From Fimbriimonadaceae bacterium (GTDB lineage Bacteria > Armatimonadota > Fimbriimonadia > Fimbriimonadales > Fimbriimonadaceae): a stretch of DNA of 64,000 nucleotides. Positions 8,961 to 17,807 of this stretch are shown here, piece by piece. Position 1 is the stretch's first letter. Each line of letters starts with the position of its first letter. Position numbers and translations under genes: made by a program. The DNA is taken from contig JAHCHO010000003.1 in NCBI GenBank assembly GCA_026129685.1, positions 235,256 through 299,255 of the forward strand. Direction: 5' to 3'. A model generated the notes under the pieces. It searched no databases, had not been told where the DNA came from, and worked only from the letters and a program-made list of their open reading frames with translations.

Positions 8961-11900
8961 ATGAGAGTGAGACTCAACATGATGTTGCTTCGGAACGCCT
9001 TCCGCAGAACGACCCGGGCGCCTTTCGGTAAGGCGTTCGGTCTGTTACTGACCCTCTTCGCGACCCTCTTTCCCGGGGTCGCACTCGCGTCCGGCGGCGA
9101 AAACGTCGCCCTCGAGTTCACCTCGTCCGACCTGATCTACCTTTGGGTATCCCTCGGGTTCGGCTTGGTCGCCCTCCTCGCGGGCGTGTTCCTCATCAAG
9201 TCGGTCTTGGCCCAATCGCCAGGTTCCGCGAAGATGCAGGAGGTCGGCCAAGCGATCAAGGAAGGCGCGCTCGCCTACCTGCGACGCCAAGTCCGGACGA
9301 TGATCCCCTTCGTCCTGGTCCTCGCCGTCGGCCTGTGGGCGATGTACAACCCGCAGTACGGAAGCACGACCGCCCTCTTCGTGGCGCTCTCCTTCGTGGG
9401 CGGCGTCGCCGCCTCCTACATCGCGGGCTACGTCGGCATGATCATGGCCGTCAACGGCAACATGCGGACGGCGCACGCCTCCCTCACCAGCTTCAAGAGG
9501 GCGCTCGAAGTCGCCTTCCGAAGCGGCGGCGTCGCCGGCATGATCACCGTCGGCATGGGCCTGATCGGCGCGACCATCATCTTCCTCGGCGCCCGAGGCG
9601 AGGCCATGAAGCTCCTCGTCGGCTTCGGCTTTGGTGGCTCGCTCGCCGCGCTCTTCATGCGCGTCGGCGGCGGCATCTTCACGAAGGCCGCCGACGTCGG
9701 AGCCGACCTGGTCGGCAAGGTCGAGGCCGGAATCCCCGAGGACGACCCCCGGAACCCCGCCACCATCGCCGACAACGTTGGCGACAACGTCGGCGACTGC
9801 GCCGGCATGGCCGCCGACATCTTCGAGTCCTACGAGGTCACCCTCGTCGCCGCGATCGTGCTCGGCGCCGCCACCGCCTCGATCTTCGACACCGCGACCT
9901 GGATGAAGCTCATCCTCTTCGCGCTGATGGCCCGCGGCGTCGGCATCGTGGCCTCCATCCTTGGCATCCTCTCCGTGCGCGGCACCGACGACGTCAACGT
10001 GGACGCCCTCAAGCCCATCCGCAAAGGCTTCGCCTTCTCCGCGATCGTCGCCCTGATCGGGACCGCCGGCATCGCCTGGTTCATGATGGGCGGCAAAGGC
10101 GATCCCATCAAGACGACCCAGCTCAAGTCCACCGACGAGTATCGGGCGGAGGAGATCAAGCAGGTCCAGAGCGTCCGCGACCAGATCGCCAAGGACAAGA
10201 AGCTCAAGGATTGGGAGGTCGCCCTCAAGGACGTCAGCGACGACTCTCGCGTCAAAACCCTCTTCCCCGACGAGCAGATTCGCCAGCAGGTGGTCTCGAC
10301 CGCGCTCTTCACCGAACTTGACAAGCTGCCGATCCCGGAGACCTTGAAGGGCTATCAGCCCCTCGACTTCACCAAGACCGGTGGTGTCCTCGACTACGCG
10401 ATCAACAACCCGAACGCCGAGCAGTTCAACCCCGCCGACAAGGTTTCCATCAAGGACGCCTTCGGAGGGACGGGCAAGGACCTGTTCGTGTTTCGCCTCG
10501 AGATCAGCCCCAAACCCGCCGCGGGCCAGACCCCTCCTGCGGGCCAGAAGCCCGAGACCCGCTGGTACGGTCCCGTCAGCGTGGCCGCCAAGGACAAGCT
10601 CATCAAGCAGGCCACCGGCATCGAGGTCAAGGAACTTGCCAAGGTCCCCGTCGCGCTCTACGCGAACCACGACGGCGACCTCGTCGCCGTCGCCGAACCG
10701 GACCTCAAGGAGCCGCACCGCGTCATCCCGATGATGCCGCTCTCCTACTATCCGATGAGCCCCGCCGACTACAAGAAGGCGGAAGAGGCCTCCCAGAAGG
10801 ACCCGGCGAAGCCCCTGCCGCGCCCGGCCGAGATCAAACTCGCCGTCGCGACCCACAACGTGGTGCCGTGGTACCTGTTCTTCATCGCCATCGCTTTCGG
10901 CGTGCTCATGGCCTTCGCCATCGAATCGCTCACCGACTACTACGTCTCGACCCATAAGAAGCCCGTTCAGGAGGTCGCCGCCGTCGCCACCGCCGGCCCC
11001 GCCCCCATGATCATCCAGGGCTTCGCCTACGGCCTCGAATCCAGCGTGATCTCGGTCTTCGCGATCGTCATCGCCCTGCTCGTGCCCCTGGCCATCTTTG
11101 CTCCCGCCCTCTACGGCGGATACCTGCTGAGCTTCTACGGGGTCGCCCTCGTCGGGCTCGGCCTCCTGACCACCACCGGCTACATCCTCGCGATGGACAC
11201 CTTCGGCCCGATCTCGGACAACGCCCAAGGCGTCTACGAGATGTCTGGCGAAGGCCACGACAACGAATACGGCATGAAGGGCGTCCAGCGCCTCGACGCC
11301 GCCGGCAACACGACGAAAGCGCTGACGAAGGGCTTCGCCATCGCGACCGCCGTCGTCGCCGCCGTCGCGCTGTTCCACTCGTACGTCGAAGCCGCCCGGC
11401 TCGTCACCGTCGGCATGCCGATCGAGGTGCCCGAGATCTTCCTCGGCCTTCTGATCGGTGGCGCGGCCCCCTACCTGTTCTCCGCCTTCTCGATCAACGC
11501 GGTCGGTCGCGCCGCCTTCGAACTCATCTACGAAGTGCGCAGCCAGTTCCGCAACGATCCGGGAATCATGGCGGGCACCAGCAAACCGAACTACGGTCGC
11601 TGTGTGGCCATCGTGACGGCGGCGGCGCAGAAGGAACTCCTCGGCCCCGGCGTCCTCGCGATCGCCCTCCCCGCCCTCGTCGGCTTCGGCTTCGCCATCG
11701 GCAAGCCGCCCACCGAGATCGGCGGCAACCTCTACAACCTCACTGGCGCCCAGGCGCTCGGTGGGTTCCTCGCCGGCGCGATCGTCAGCGGTCAGCTCAT
11801 GGCCGTCCTCCTCGCCAACTCGGGCGGCATGTGGGACAACGCCAAGAAGCTCATCGAAGACGGTCTCCACGGTGGCAAGGGGACGGAAGCCCACAAGGCC

Positions 11901-12239
11901 GGCGTCGTCTGCGACACCGTCGGCGATCCGTTCAAGGACACCGCCGGGCCCGCCCTCAACCCGCTCATCAAGGTCATGAACCTGGTGGCGCTGTTGCTGG
12001 CGCCGGTGGTCATCCTTCCGCTTGCTCAGAACACGCTGATCATCATCGCCCTCGTCGCCGCCGCCGCCCTGACCTTCTCGTTCTGGTGGTCCAAGCGTGG
12101 CTCGATGGGATCGGCGATGACCGCGGCCACCGCGGCGAACGCGGCCGCCGCGATCGCCGCCCCGGCTCCCGGTCCGACCGTGGCTCCCAAGCCGAAGAAG
12201 ACCATCACCGTGGACGACGAACCGACCGACAAGAACTGA
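8961..12239 (+). CDS. hppA: membrane-bound proton-translocating pyrophosphatase (K+-independent type), unusually long (1092 aa)
   Basis: 'GGGIFTKAADVGADLVGKVE', 'DNVGDNVGDCAGMAADIFESY' and 'DTVGDPFKDTAGPALNPLIKV'. 'GNTTKA' carries the Lys of the K+-independent subgroup. The ATG at 8961 is preceded by AAGGAAG; an ATG at 8928 is also possible. Confidence 0.9.
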   Translation: MRVRLNMMLLRNAFRRTTRAPFGKAFGLLLTLFATLFPGVALASGGENVALEFTSSDLIYLWVSLGFGLVALLAGVFLIKSVLAQSPGSAKMQEVGQAIKEGALAYLRRQVRTMIPFVLVLAVGLWAMYNPQYGSTTALFVALSFVGGVAASYIAGYVGMIMAVNGNMRTAHASLTSFKRALEVAFRSGGVAGMITVGMGLIGATIIFLGARGEAMKLLVGFGFGGSLAALFMRVGGGIFTKAADVGADLVGKVEAGIPEDDPRNPATIADNVGDNVGDCAGMAADIFESYEVTLVAAIVLGAATASIFDTATWMKLILFALMARGVGIVASILGILSVRGTDDVNVDALKPIRKGFAFSAIVALIGTAGIAWFMMGGKGDPIKTTQLKSTDEYRAEEIKQVQSVRDQIAKDKKLKDWEVALKDVSDDSRVKTLFPDEQIRQQVVSTALFTELDKLPIPETLKGYQPLDFTKTGGVLDYAINNPNAEQFNPADKVSIKDAFGGTGKDLFVFRLEISPKPAAGQTPPAGQKPETRWYGPVSVAAKDKLIKQATGIEVKELAKVPVALYANHDGDLVAVAEPDLKEPHRVIPMMPLSYYPMSPADYKKAEEASQKDPAKPLPRPAEIKLAVATHNVVPWYLFFIAIAFGVLMAFAIESLTDYYVSTHKKPVQEVAAVATAGPAPMIIQGFAYGLESSVISVFAIVIALLVPLAIFAPALYGGYLLSFYGVALVGLGLLTTTGYILAMDTFGPISDNAQGVYEMSGEGHDNEYGMKGVQRLDAAGNTTKALTKGFAIATAVVAAVALFHSYVEAARLVTVGMPIEVPEIFLGLLIGGAAPYLFSAFSINAVGRAAFELIYEVRSQFRNDPGIMAGTSKPNYGRCVAIVTAAAQKELLGPGVLAIALPALVGFGFAIGKPPTEIGGNLYNLTGAQALGGFLAGAIVSGQLMAVLLANSGGMWDNAKKLIEDGLHGGKGTEAHKAGVVCDTVGDPFKDTAGPALNPLIKVMNLVALLLAPVVILPLAQNTLIIIALVAAAALTFSFWWSKRGSMGSAMTAATAANAAAAIAAPAPGPTVAPKPKKTITVDDEPTDKN

Positions 12240-12270
12240 TCGTTGCCCCGGCGCGATCCCTGACCCAGAC

Positions 12271-12294
12271 GGCCCCGACCACCCGGTCGGGGCC
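12271..12294. terminator. GC hairpin between convergent hppA and the antiporter gene (possible bidirectional terminator)
   Basis: Perfect 10-bp stem GGCCCCGACC/GGTCGGGGCC with loop ACCC. The downstream U-tract is weak (GTCGCTTCT). Confidence 0.5.
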
Positions 12295-12350
12295 GTCGCT
12301 TCTCCGCTCCCATTAGTCCGGGAACGGCTTCGCCACCGACCCATCGTCGC

Positions 12351-14135
12351 CTAAATTGGCAGACCTTCGCGAGGACCTCGTCGCTCCTCCGAAAGCCGGG
12401 CGATCTCGTTCATCTCGGATGCGCGCAGATCTTCGATCGTGCCCTCGAGGCGCCCGGGCGGTCGACCGTGGGACTCGAGAGCGAAGTGCGCCAGTTGAAG
12501 GGCAAGTTCGAGTTCGGCCGACACCACACGCTCGGCGCCGACGCTATGAGCCGCGACCGCTTCCGCCAGGTCGTGCGTTCGAACGCTCACCACGAGCCCC
12601 GGATTGGTCTCGCGCGCACTCGCGACGACGCTCGACGTAGCCGCGCTTGCGGGTACGGCGAGCACCAGTTGCCGCGCGGTCATCACGTCGGCGTGCCGCA
12701 GAATCTCGGGCCTCGTCGCATCGCCGAAAACGGTGCGATGGCCCTCCCGACGTGCCGCATGGCATGCCTCGGAATCCGCATCCACGACGACGAAGGGAAT
12801 GAGCTCGCCGACGAGAGCTTTCGTCACCGTTCTGCCGACTCCGCCATAGCCGACGACGATCACGTGGTTCGACATGGGCGAGTCGGCCCAAACGGGTTCT
12901 GCGGCCGATCCGCCCCGAGGCGCGATCAGCCGGGCCGTCAGGCGCTTGGCCGACAGAAGGCGTTCGATCGGCCCAATGCACCGAAAGGCGGCTGGGTTGA
13001 GCGTGATCGAAGCGATCGCCGTCGCCACAACGATGCTGAGGGCCTCCGTTGGCAGAATCCCAAGGTGGATTCCTAGGGCCACGAGAACGAAAGAGAACTC
13101 GCCGATCTGAGCAAGGCTGGCCGAAATCGTCAGCGCCGTGGCCGCCGTTTGCTTGAACAGAACCACGATCAGAAAAGCCGCGACGGACTTTCCAACGAGC
13201 ACGACCCCAAGCGCCGCAACCAGGTGCAACGGGTGCGTCGTCAGCACGGCCGGGTTGAACAGCATCCCGATCGCGACGAAAAACAGCACCGTGAAAGCGT
13301 CTTGGACCGGCCGCGTTTCGGCGCCTGCGTGATAGGCCAGGTCCGACTCGCTTAGAACCACGCCTGCGAAGAAAGCGCCGAGCGCCGGCGAGACGCCGAA
13401 CAGGGCCGAAGAGCCGAAGGCGATTCCAAGCGCCGTCGCCAACACGCCGATCGTGAACAGCTCCTTGGATCGACTCCTTGCCACTCGGCCCAAGACCTTG
13501 GGGATAAGCTTCTTGCCCACCACGAGCATGAGGGCCGCGAAGACGGCCACCTTGGCGAACGTCGCCAACAACGTCATAGCGGCTTCCCCTGCCCCGGGCG
13601 AATGGCCGCCGTCCTGGGGTAGTGCGAACACCGGGAGCGCCACGAGGGCGGCCACGGTGACCAGGTCTTCCACGATCAGCCAGCCCACGGCGATCCTGCC
13701 GTTCACCGAATCGAGTTCGCCACGCTCGCTCAACGCACGCAGGAGAACGACCGTGCTCGCGACCGAGAGGCACAGCCCGAATACGAGACCTGCCGCCAAG
13801 CCCCAACCCCAGAGATGGGAAAGGAAGGCACCAAGCAGGGTCGCCACCGCGATCTGCACCAACGCGCCCGGTATCGCGATCGCCCGAACCGAGAGCAGGT
13901 CGCGGATCGAAAAGTGCAACCCGACCCCGAACATGAGCAGGCTCACCCCGATTTCCGAAAGCTGGCTCGCAAGACTCTTGTCCGCGACGAACCCGGGCGT
14001 GAAAGGCCCGATCGCGAGGCCCGCCGCAAGGTAGCCGACCAGCAACGGCAGTTTGAGCCGGGCCGCGAGCAATCCTAACGCAAACGCCAAGCCCAAGCCC
14101 GCCGCGATCATGCTGATCAGTTGGGTCTCGTGCAT
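12351..14135 (-). CDS. CPA2-family monovalent cation:proton antiporter with C-terminal RCK/TrkA-N domain (YbaL/KefB-like)
   Basis: 594 aa. Multi-TM N-terminus 'LLVGYLAAGLAIGPFTPGF'. C-terminal 'VIVVGYGGVGRTV' is a Rossmann-type RCK motif. Confidence 0.9.
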   Translation of the reverse strand: MHETQLISMIAAGLGLAFALGLLAARLKLPLLVGYLAAGLAIGPFTPGFVADKSLASQLSEIGVSLLMFGVGLHFSIRDLLSVRAIAIPGALVQIAVATLLGAFLSHLWGWGLAAGLVFGLCLSVASTVVLLRALSERGELDSVNGRIAVGWLIVEDLVTVAALVALPVFALPQDGGHSPGAGEAAMTLLATFAKVAVFAALMLVVGKKLIPKVLGRVARSRSKELFTIGVLATALGIAFGSSALFGVSPALGAFFAGVVLSESDLAYHAGAETRPVQDAFTVLFFVAIGMLFNPAVLTTHPLHLVAALGVVLVGKSVAAFLIVVLFKQTAATALTISASLAQIGEFSFVLVALGIHLGILPTEALSIVVATAIASITLNPAAFRCIGPIERLLSAKRLTARLIAPRGGSAAEPVWADSPMSNHVIVVGYGGVGRTVTKALVGELIPFVVVDADSEACHAARREGHRTVFGDATRPEILRHADVMTARQLVLAVPASAATSSVVASARETNPGLVVSVRTHDLAEAVAAHSVGAERVVSAELELALQLAHFALESHGRPPGRLEGTIEDLRASEMNEIARLSEERRGPREGLPI

Positions 14136-14249
14136 CGAGGGAGGTTACCCCCCTGCCGACGAGCCAGACCGACGGCCGGTCGTGGGTAACCGCAGCCCGC
14201 ACGAAGTCCGATCCGGCGTCCAAGGGTTACACGATCGGACCGAGTTCTC

Positions 14250-15437
14250 CTACCTTCCCCGCAGCCCTGCGACCCGCTCCCACAGCCACAGCGCGCACCC
14301 AAGCTTGGTCTGCCGGCCGCTTGCCTCCAGCACCCCCGGGGCCAGGAGCGTCAATGCGTTGTCGGGCGCCTCGAACCCCACGCCCAAACCGCTCACATCG
14401 TTGACCGCGATGGCGTCGAGCCCCTTTTCCGCGAGTTTTCGCCGCGCGTGTTCGAGGCCTTCGTCCGGTTCGGCGGCGAACCCAACGAACACGGGCCTTG
14501 GTAAGGTCGCGGCTCTGGAAAGCGAGGCGAGCACGTCCGGGTTTCGAACCATGCGTAGGTCAAGGGTCTCCCCCGACCGCCGAATCTTGCCCGAAACGGG
14601 GGACTCCGGCCGATAATCCGCGACCGCCGCCGCGCCGACCACGTAGTCCGCACCGGCGAGCAACGGGAGGCACGCCGCCAGCATCTCGACCGCCGTCCGC
14701 ACCCGTACCACGCGCGCCTCGAGGGGGTACGCGACCGACGCCGGCCCACTCACCACCGTCACGTCGGCCCCCATGAGCAGCGCCGCCCGCGCCAGGGCCG
14801 CCCCCATTCTGCCGCTGGAGCGGTTCCCCACGAACCGAACGTCGTCCAAGGGTTCGTGCGTCGGCCCGGACGTGATCAACACCCGCGTGCCCGCCAGCGC
14901 CCGCGACCGTCGCAGGACGGTCATCGTCGCCGACACGATCTCCTCGATCGGCGCCAGCTTCCCTTGCCCCGTGTCCCCGCAAGCCACCTCGCCCGAGGCC
15001 GGCTCGACGACCAGCGCCGCCCTTCCGCGCAACACCGTCAGCGCCGCCTGGGTCGACTCGTCCGCGTACATCTTGGGGTTCATCGCGGGCGCGACCACGA
15101 GCGGTGCCCGGGAGGCGATCGCCAACGTCGTCAGCATGTCTTCCCCAAGGCCGTGGGCCAGCTTCGCCAAGGTGTTCGCGGTCGCCGGCGCGACCACGAT
15201 GGCGTCCGCCTCCTTGGCCCATTCGATGTGCGCCATCCGCCCCCGCTCCGGTTCGTCGAACGCGTCCTGCAAGCACGGCTGGCCTGTCAAGGACTCAAAG
15301 AGCACGGGCGTTACGAAGCGCTGCGCCGCGTCGGTGAGGCAAACCCGCACCGTGCAGCCTTGCCGCATCAATTCTCTCGCCAAGTCCGCCGCCCGGTACG
15401 CCGCGATGCTTCCGCTCACTCCGAGGACCACGTTCAT
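14250..15437 (-). CDS. coaBC: bifunctional phosphopantothenoylcysteine decarboxylase / phosphopantothenate-cysteine ligase
   Basis: The internal ATG at 15437 gives 'MNVVLGVSGSIAAYRAADLARELMRQG' (flavoprotein domain). CoaB half 'ITSGPTHEPLDDVRFVGNRSSGRMG'. The start overlaps the gmk stop by 4 nt. Confidence 0.9.
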   Translation of the reverse strand: MNVVLGVSGSIAAYRAADLARELMRQGCTVRVCLTDAAQRFVTPVLFESLTGQPCLQDAFDEPERGRMAHIEWAKEADAIVVAPATANTLAKLAHGLGEDMLTTLAIASRAPLVVAPAMNPKMYADESTQAALTVLRGRAALVVEPASGEVACGDTGQGKLAPIEEIVSATMTVLRRSRALAGTRVLITSGPTHEPLDDVRFVGNRSSGRMGAALARAALLMGADVTVVSGPASVAYPLEARVVRVRTAVEMLAACLPLLAGADYVVGAAAVADYRPESPVSGKIRRSGETLDLRMVRNPDVLASLSRAATLPRPVFVGFAAEPDEGLEHARRKLAEKGLDAIAVNDVSGLGVGFEAPDNALTLLAPGVLEASGRQTKLGCALWLWERVAGLRGR

Positions 15438-15979
15438 TCTAGAATCGCCTCCAGGCGGTCCACGCACCGTTCCACATCGTCGTTCACGACCCGGTGCCGG
15501 TAGCGCTTCCCCACCTCGATCTCGTCGCGCGCGTTCTGAAGCCGAACCTGGATCGCCTCCGCGTTGTCCGAACCTCGCGCCCGGATCCGCCGTTCCAACT
15601 CCGCCATCGAGGGTGGCATCAGGAAGATCGAGACCGCGTCCGGGCGCTTTTCCATCGCCGTCAGCGCCCCCTGAACGTCGATCTTCAGGATGGCGACCAA
15701 CCCTTCCGAGAGCATGCGTTCCAGCGATTCGAGCGGCGTTGCGTAGAGGTTGCCATGGACCTCCTTCCACTCGAGAAAAGCCCCCGACTCGGCGAGCGCC
15801 ATGAACCGTTCGCGCGATACGAAGGTGTAGTCCACTCCGTCGGTTTCGCCGGGGCGCGGCGCTCGCGTCGTCGTCGCCACCACCCGCCGGACCCGTGGGT
15901 TACGAGCGGTCCAGGCCGCGAGCACCGTGTCCTTCCCGACCCCGCTCGGACCGCTCAGGATCACGATCCGACCCGTCAT
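15434..15979 (-). CDS. gmk: guanylate kinase
   Basis: 181 aa from the ATG at 15979. P-loop 'LSGPSGVGKDT', and 'TTRAPRPGETDGVDYTFV'. Confidence 0.92.
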   Translation of the reverse strand: MTGRIVILSGPSGVGKDTVLAAWTARNPRVRRVVATTTRAPRPGETDGVDYTFVSRERFMALAESGAFLEWKEVHGNLYATPLESLERMLSEGLVAILKIDVQGALTAMEKRPDAVSIFLMPPSMAELERRIRARGSDNAEAIQVRLQNARDEIEVGKRYRHRVVNDDVERCVDRLEAILE

Positions 15980-17286
15980 CGGTTCAGCAACCCCAGCGCC
16001 AACGCGCCCGCCTTCATCGGGTCGTGCCGAACCGTGTCCGATTCGCTGATCAGGTCGCCCGTCACCACCTTGAACCCCATCGCCCGAATCCGGTCGATGT
16101 CCGGGTCCACCATAACCTGGCCGCTCGACGCGTACTTCTGTTCCATGTCCGGGTTCGGCGCCGCGATGTTCACGAGGACGCAATCGAAGATTCGGTGCTC
16201 GACGTTCAACTGGATCGTTCGCACGTGCTCGCTCGCCGAGAAGTCGTCGCTTTCCCCCCTTTGCGTCATCACGTTGCACACGTACACCTTCACCGCGTCC
16301 GAGTCCCGTAGCGCCTCGGCGATCCCCGGCACGAGCAGGTTCGGGATCACGCTCGTGTACACGCTTCCCGGGCCGATACAGATCAGGTCGGCGTTCTTGA
16401 TCGCTTCCAGAGCCTCCGGATGCGGCGCACAGTCGGGCGGTTCGAGATACACCCGCCGAATGGACTTGCGGGACTCCACGATCTTGGTCTCCCCGCACAC
16501 CTGCGAACCGTCGTCGAAGATCGCGCACAACCCGACGTGCGAAAGGGTCGACGGCACCACCCGCCCACGGATCGCCAAGACCTCCGAGGCAATGTGAATC
16601 GCCTTCTCGAAATCGCCCGCCGCCTGGTCGACCAGTCCCGCCAGAAACAGGTTTCCCAGCGAGTGCCCGCTCAACGAACCGCTCTCCGCCGTGAAGCGGT
16701 GCTGGAAGAGCGTCGTCATCGACGTCTCCGCGTCGGAGAGGGCCACCAGGCAGTTCCGGATGTCGCCCGGCGGGATCATCCCCTTTTCCTGCACCAACTT
16801 GCCGCTCGAACCGCCGTCGTCCGTCACCGTCACGATCGCCGTGATGTTCGAGGTGTGGTGCTTCAGACCGCGCAACAGCGTGCTCAGTCCCGTGCCCCCG
16901 CCGAGCGCCACCACCCGCGGCCCGTGGGCCAGCTGCTGCCGCCGGAAGTAGAGGTCCGCCATCTTGGAGCCCACGTCCGGGTTGATCGTCTTGACCACGT
17001 GCAGGATGCTCGCGCGAATCCCAAGGTAGAACAGGTACGCGCCGAGCAACAGCAGCCCACCGCCCAAGAAGTGCCGCGCCACGTCCACCCCGTCCGCCGG
17101 CACCACCCACTGAAGCGGACCGTCCGCCATCCGTGAGATCGCGTCCAGCAACGGCAGGATCACGATCCGAAAGCTCAGCGCCGTCCCCACGACGAACAGC
17201 AAGAAGCCCACCACCGCCGTGGCGAGAGCGTTTCGGAAGCCGGCCGCCGGGGCCAGCAAGCGCCGTAGCCGGTGCCGGTTAATCAT
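15976..17286 (-). CDS. YvcK/CofD-family gluconeogenesis-factor-like protein with an N-terminal membrane extension
   Basis: 'VVALGGGTGLSTLLRGLK' and 'VTVTDDGGSSGKL' are family motifs. About 110 aa of N-terminus carries two hydrophobic helices. Confidence 0.85.
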   Translation of the reverse strand: MINRHRLRRLLAPAAGFRNALATAVVGFLLFVVGTALSFRIVILPLLDAISRMADGPLQWVVPADGVDVARHFLGGGLLLLGAYLFYLGIRASILHVVKTINPDVGSKMADLYFRRQQLAHGPRVVALGGGTGLSTLLRGLKHHTSNITAIVTVTDDGGSSGKLVQEKGMIPPGDIRNCLVALSDAETSMTTLFQHRFTAESGSLSGHSLGNLFLAGLVDQAAGDFEKAIHIASEVLAIRGRVVPSTLSHVGLCAIFDDGSQVCGETKIVESRKSIRRVYLEPPDCAPHPEALEAIKNADLICIGPGSVYTSVIPNLLVPGIAEALRDSDAVKVYVCNVMTQRGESDDFSASEHVRTIQLNVEHRIFDCVLVNIAAPNPDMEQKYASSGQVMVDPDIDRIRAMGFKVVTGDLISESDTVRHDPMKAGALALGLLNR

Positions 17287-17677
17287 CGTCGTCGCGCGCG
17301 GCGGGCACGATCGAGCGGAACAGGCCGTTGACGACCGTGATCAGCAGGCTCCCCACGAGCGCCGCCGGAAACCCGTCCACCCGGATGCCGAGATCCAATT
17401 GCCGCCACACCTGTGCCGCCACCAAGAGCACCACCGCGTTGATGATCAGCGAGAACAATCCGAACGTCAGGCAGTTCAGAGGCACCGTCAGAAGCTTCAG
17501 CAACGACCCGATCGTCGCGTTCAGGAACGCCAGCACCGCCGCCCCGATCATCAGCGTCAGGAAGTCCGGCAGGTTGCGCACGCGCGCCTCGAAACCCAGG
17601 TTCAGCAGTTGCGTGATCGCGCTCGCGATCACGATCGCGACCGTAAACAGCACCCACCGCACGAGCAATCTGGACAT
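17279..17677 (-). CDS. DUF360 / phage holin family 4_2 (YvlD-like) membrane protein
   Basis: The ATG at 17677 gives a 132-aa protein with four hydrophobic helices ('LKLLTVPLNCLTFGLFSLIINAVVLLVAA'). It overlaps the yvcK-like start by 8 nt. Confidence 0.7.
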   Translation of the reverse strand: MSRLLVRWVLFTVAIVIASAITQLLNLGFEARVRNLPDFLTLMIGAAVLAFLNATIGSLLKLLTVPLNCLTFGLFSLIINAVVLLVAAQVWRQLDLGIRVDGFPAALVGSLLITVVNGLFRSIVPAARDDDD

Positions 17678-17807
17678 CGGCCCGCCGAAGGGTACCGCAT
17701 CCGACCAACCGCCTCTCCCACCCCCCGGCGGGAAGGCCAAAACCGAGGGAGCCGTGCCCGGCGAACGCCCTGGGGGACCGAAGCGACGATGCGCCCGATC
17801 CGAGCCC

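Noticed and set aside
9045-12344. 1099-aa ORF antisense to hppA
   Set aside because: It is a typical high-GC antisense open frame (Gly/Asp/Arg/Glu-rich, no motifs). hppA on the other strand has unambiguous motifs.
12544-14223. 559-aa alternative-frame ORF over the antiporter gene
   Set aside because: It is Arg/Gly/Pro-rich with no TM pattern. The 12351-14135 frame encodes a clear CPA2 transporter.
15980-17110. Upstream 377 codons of the 558-aa ORF ending in gmk
   Set aside because: It overlaps the YvcK-like gene in another frame with junk composition. gmk starts at the ATG at 15979.
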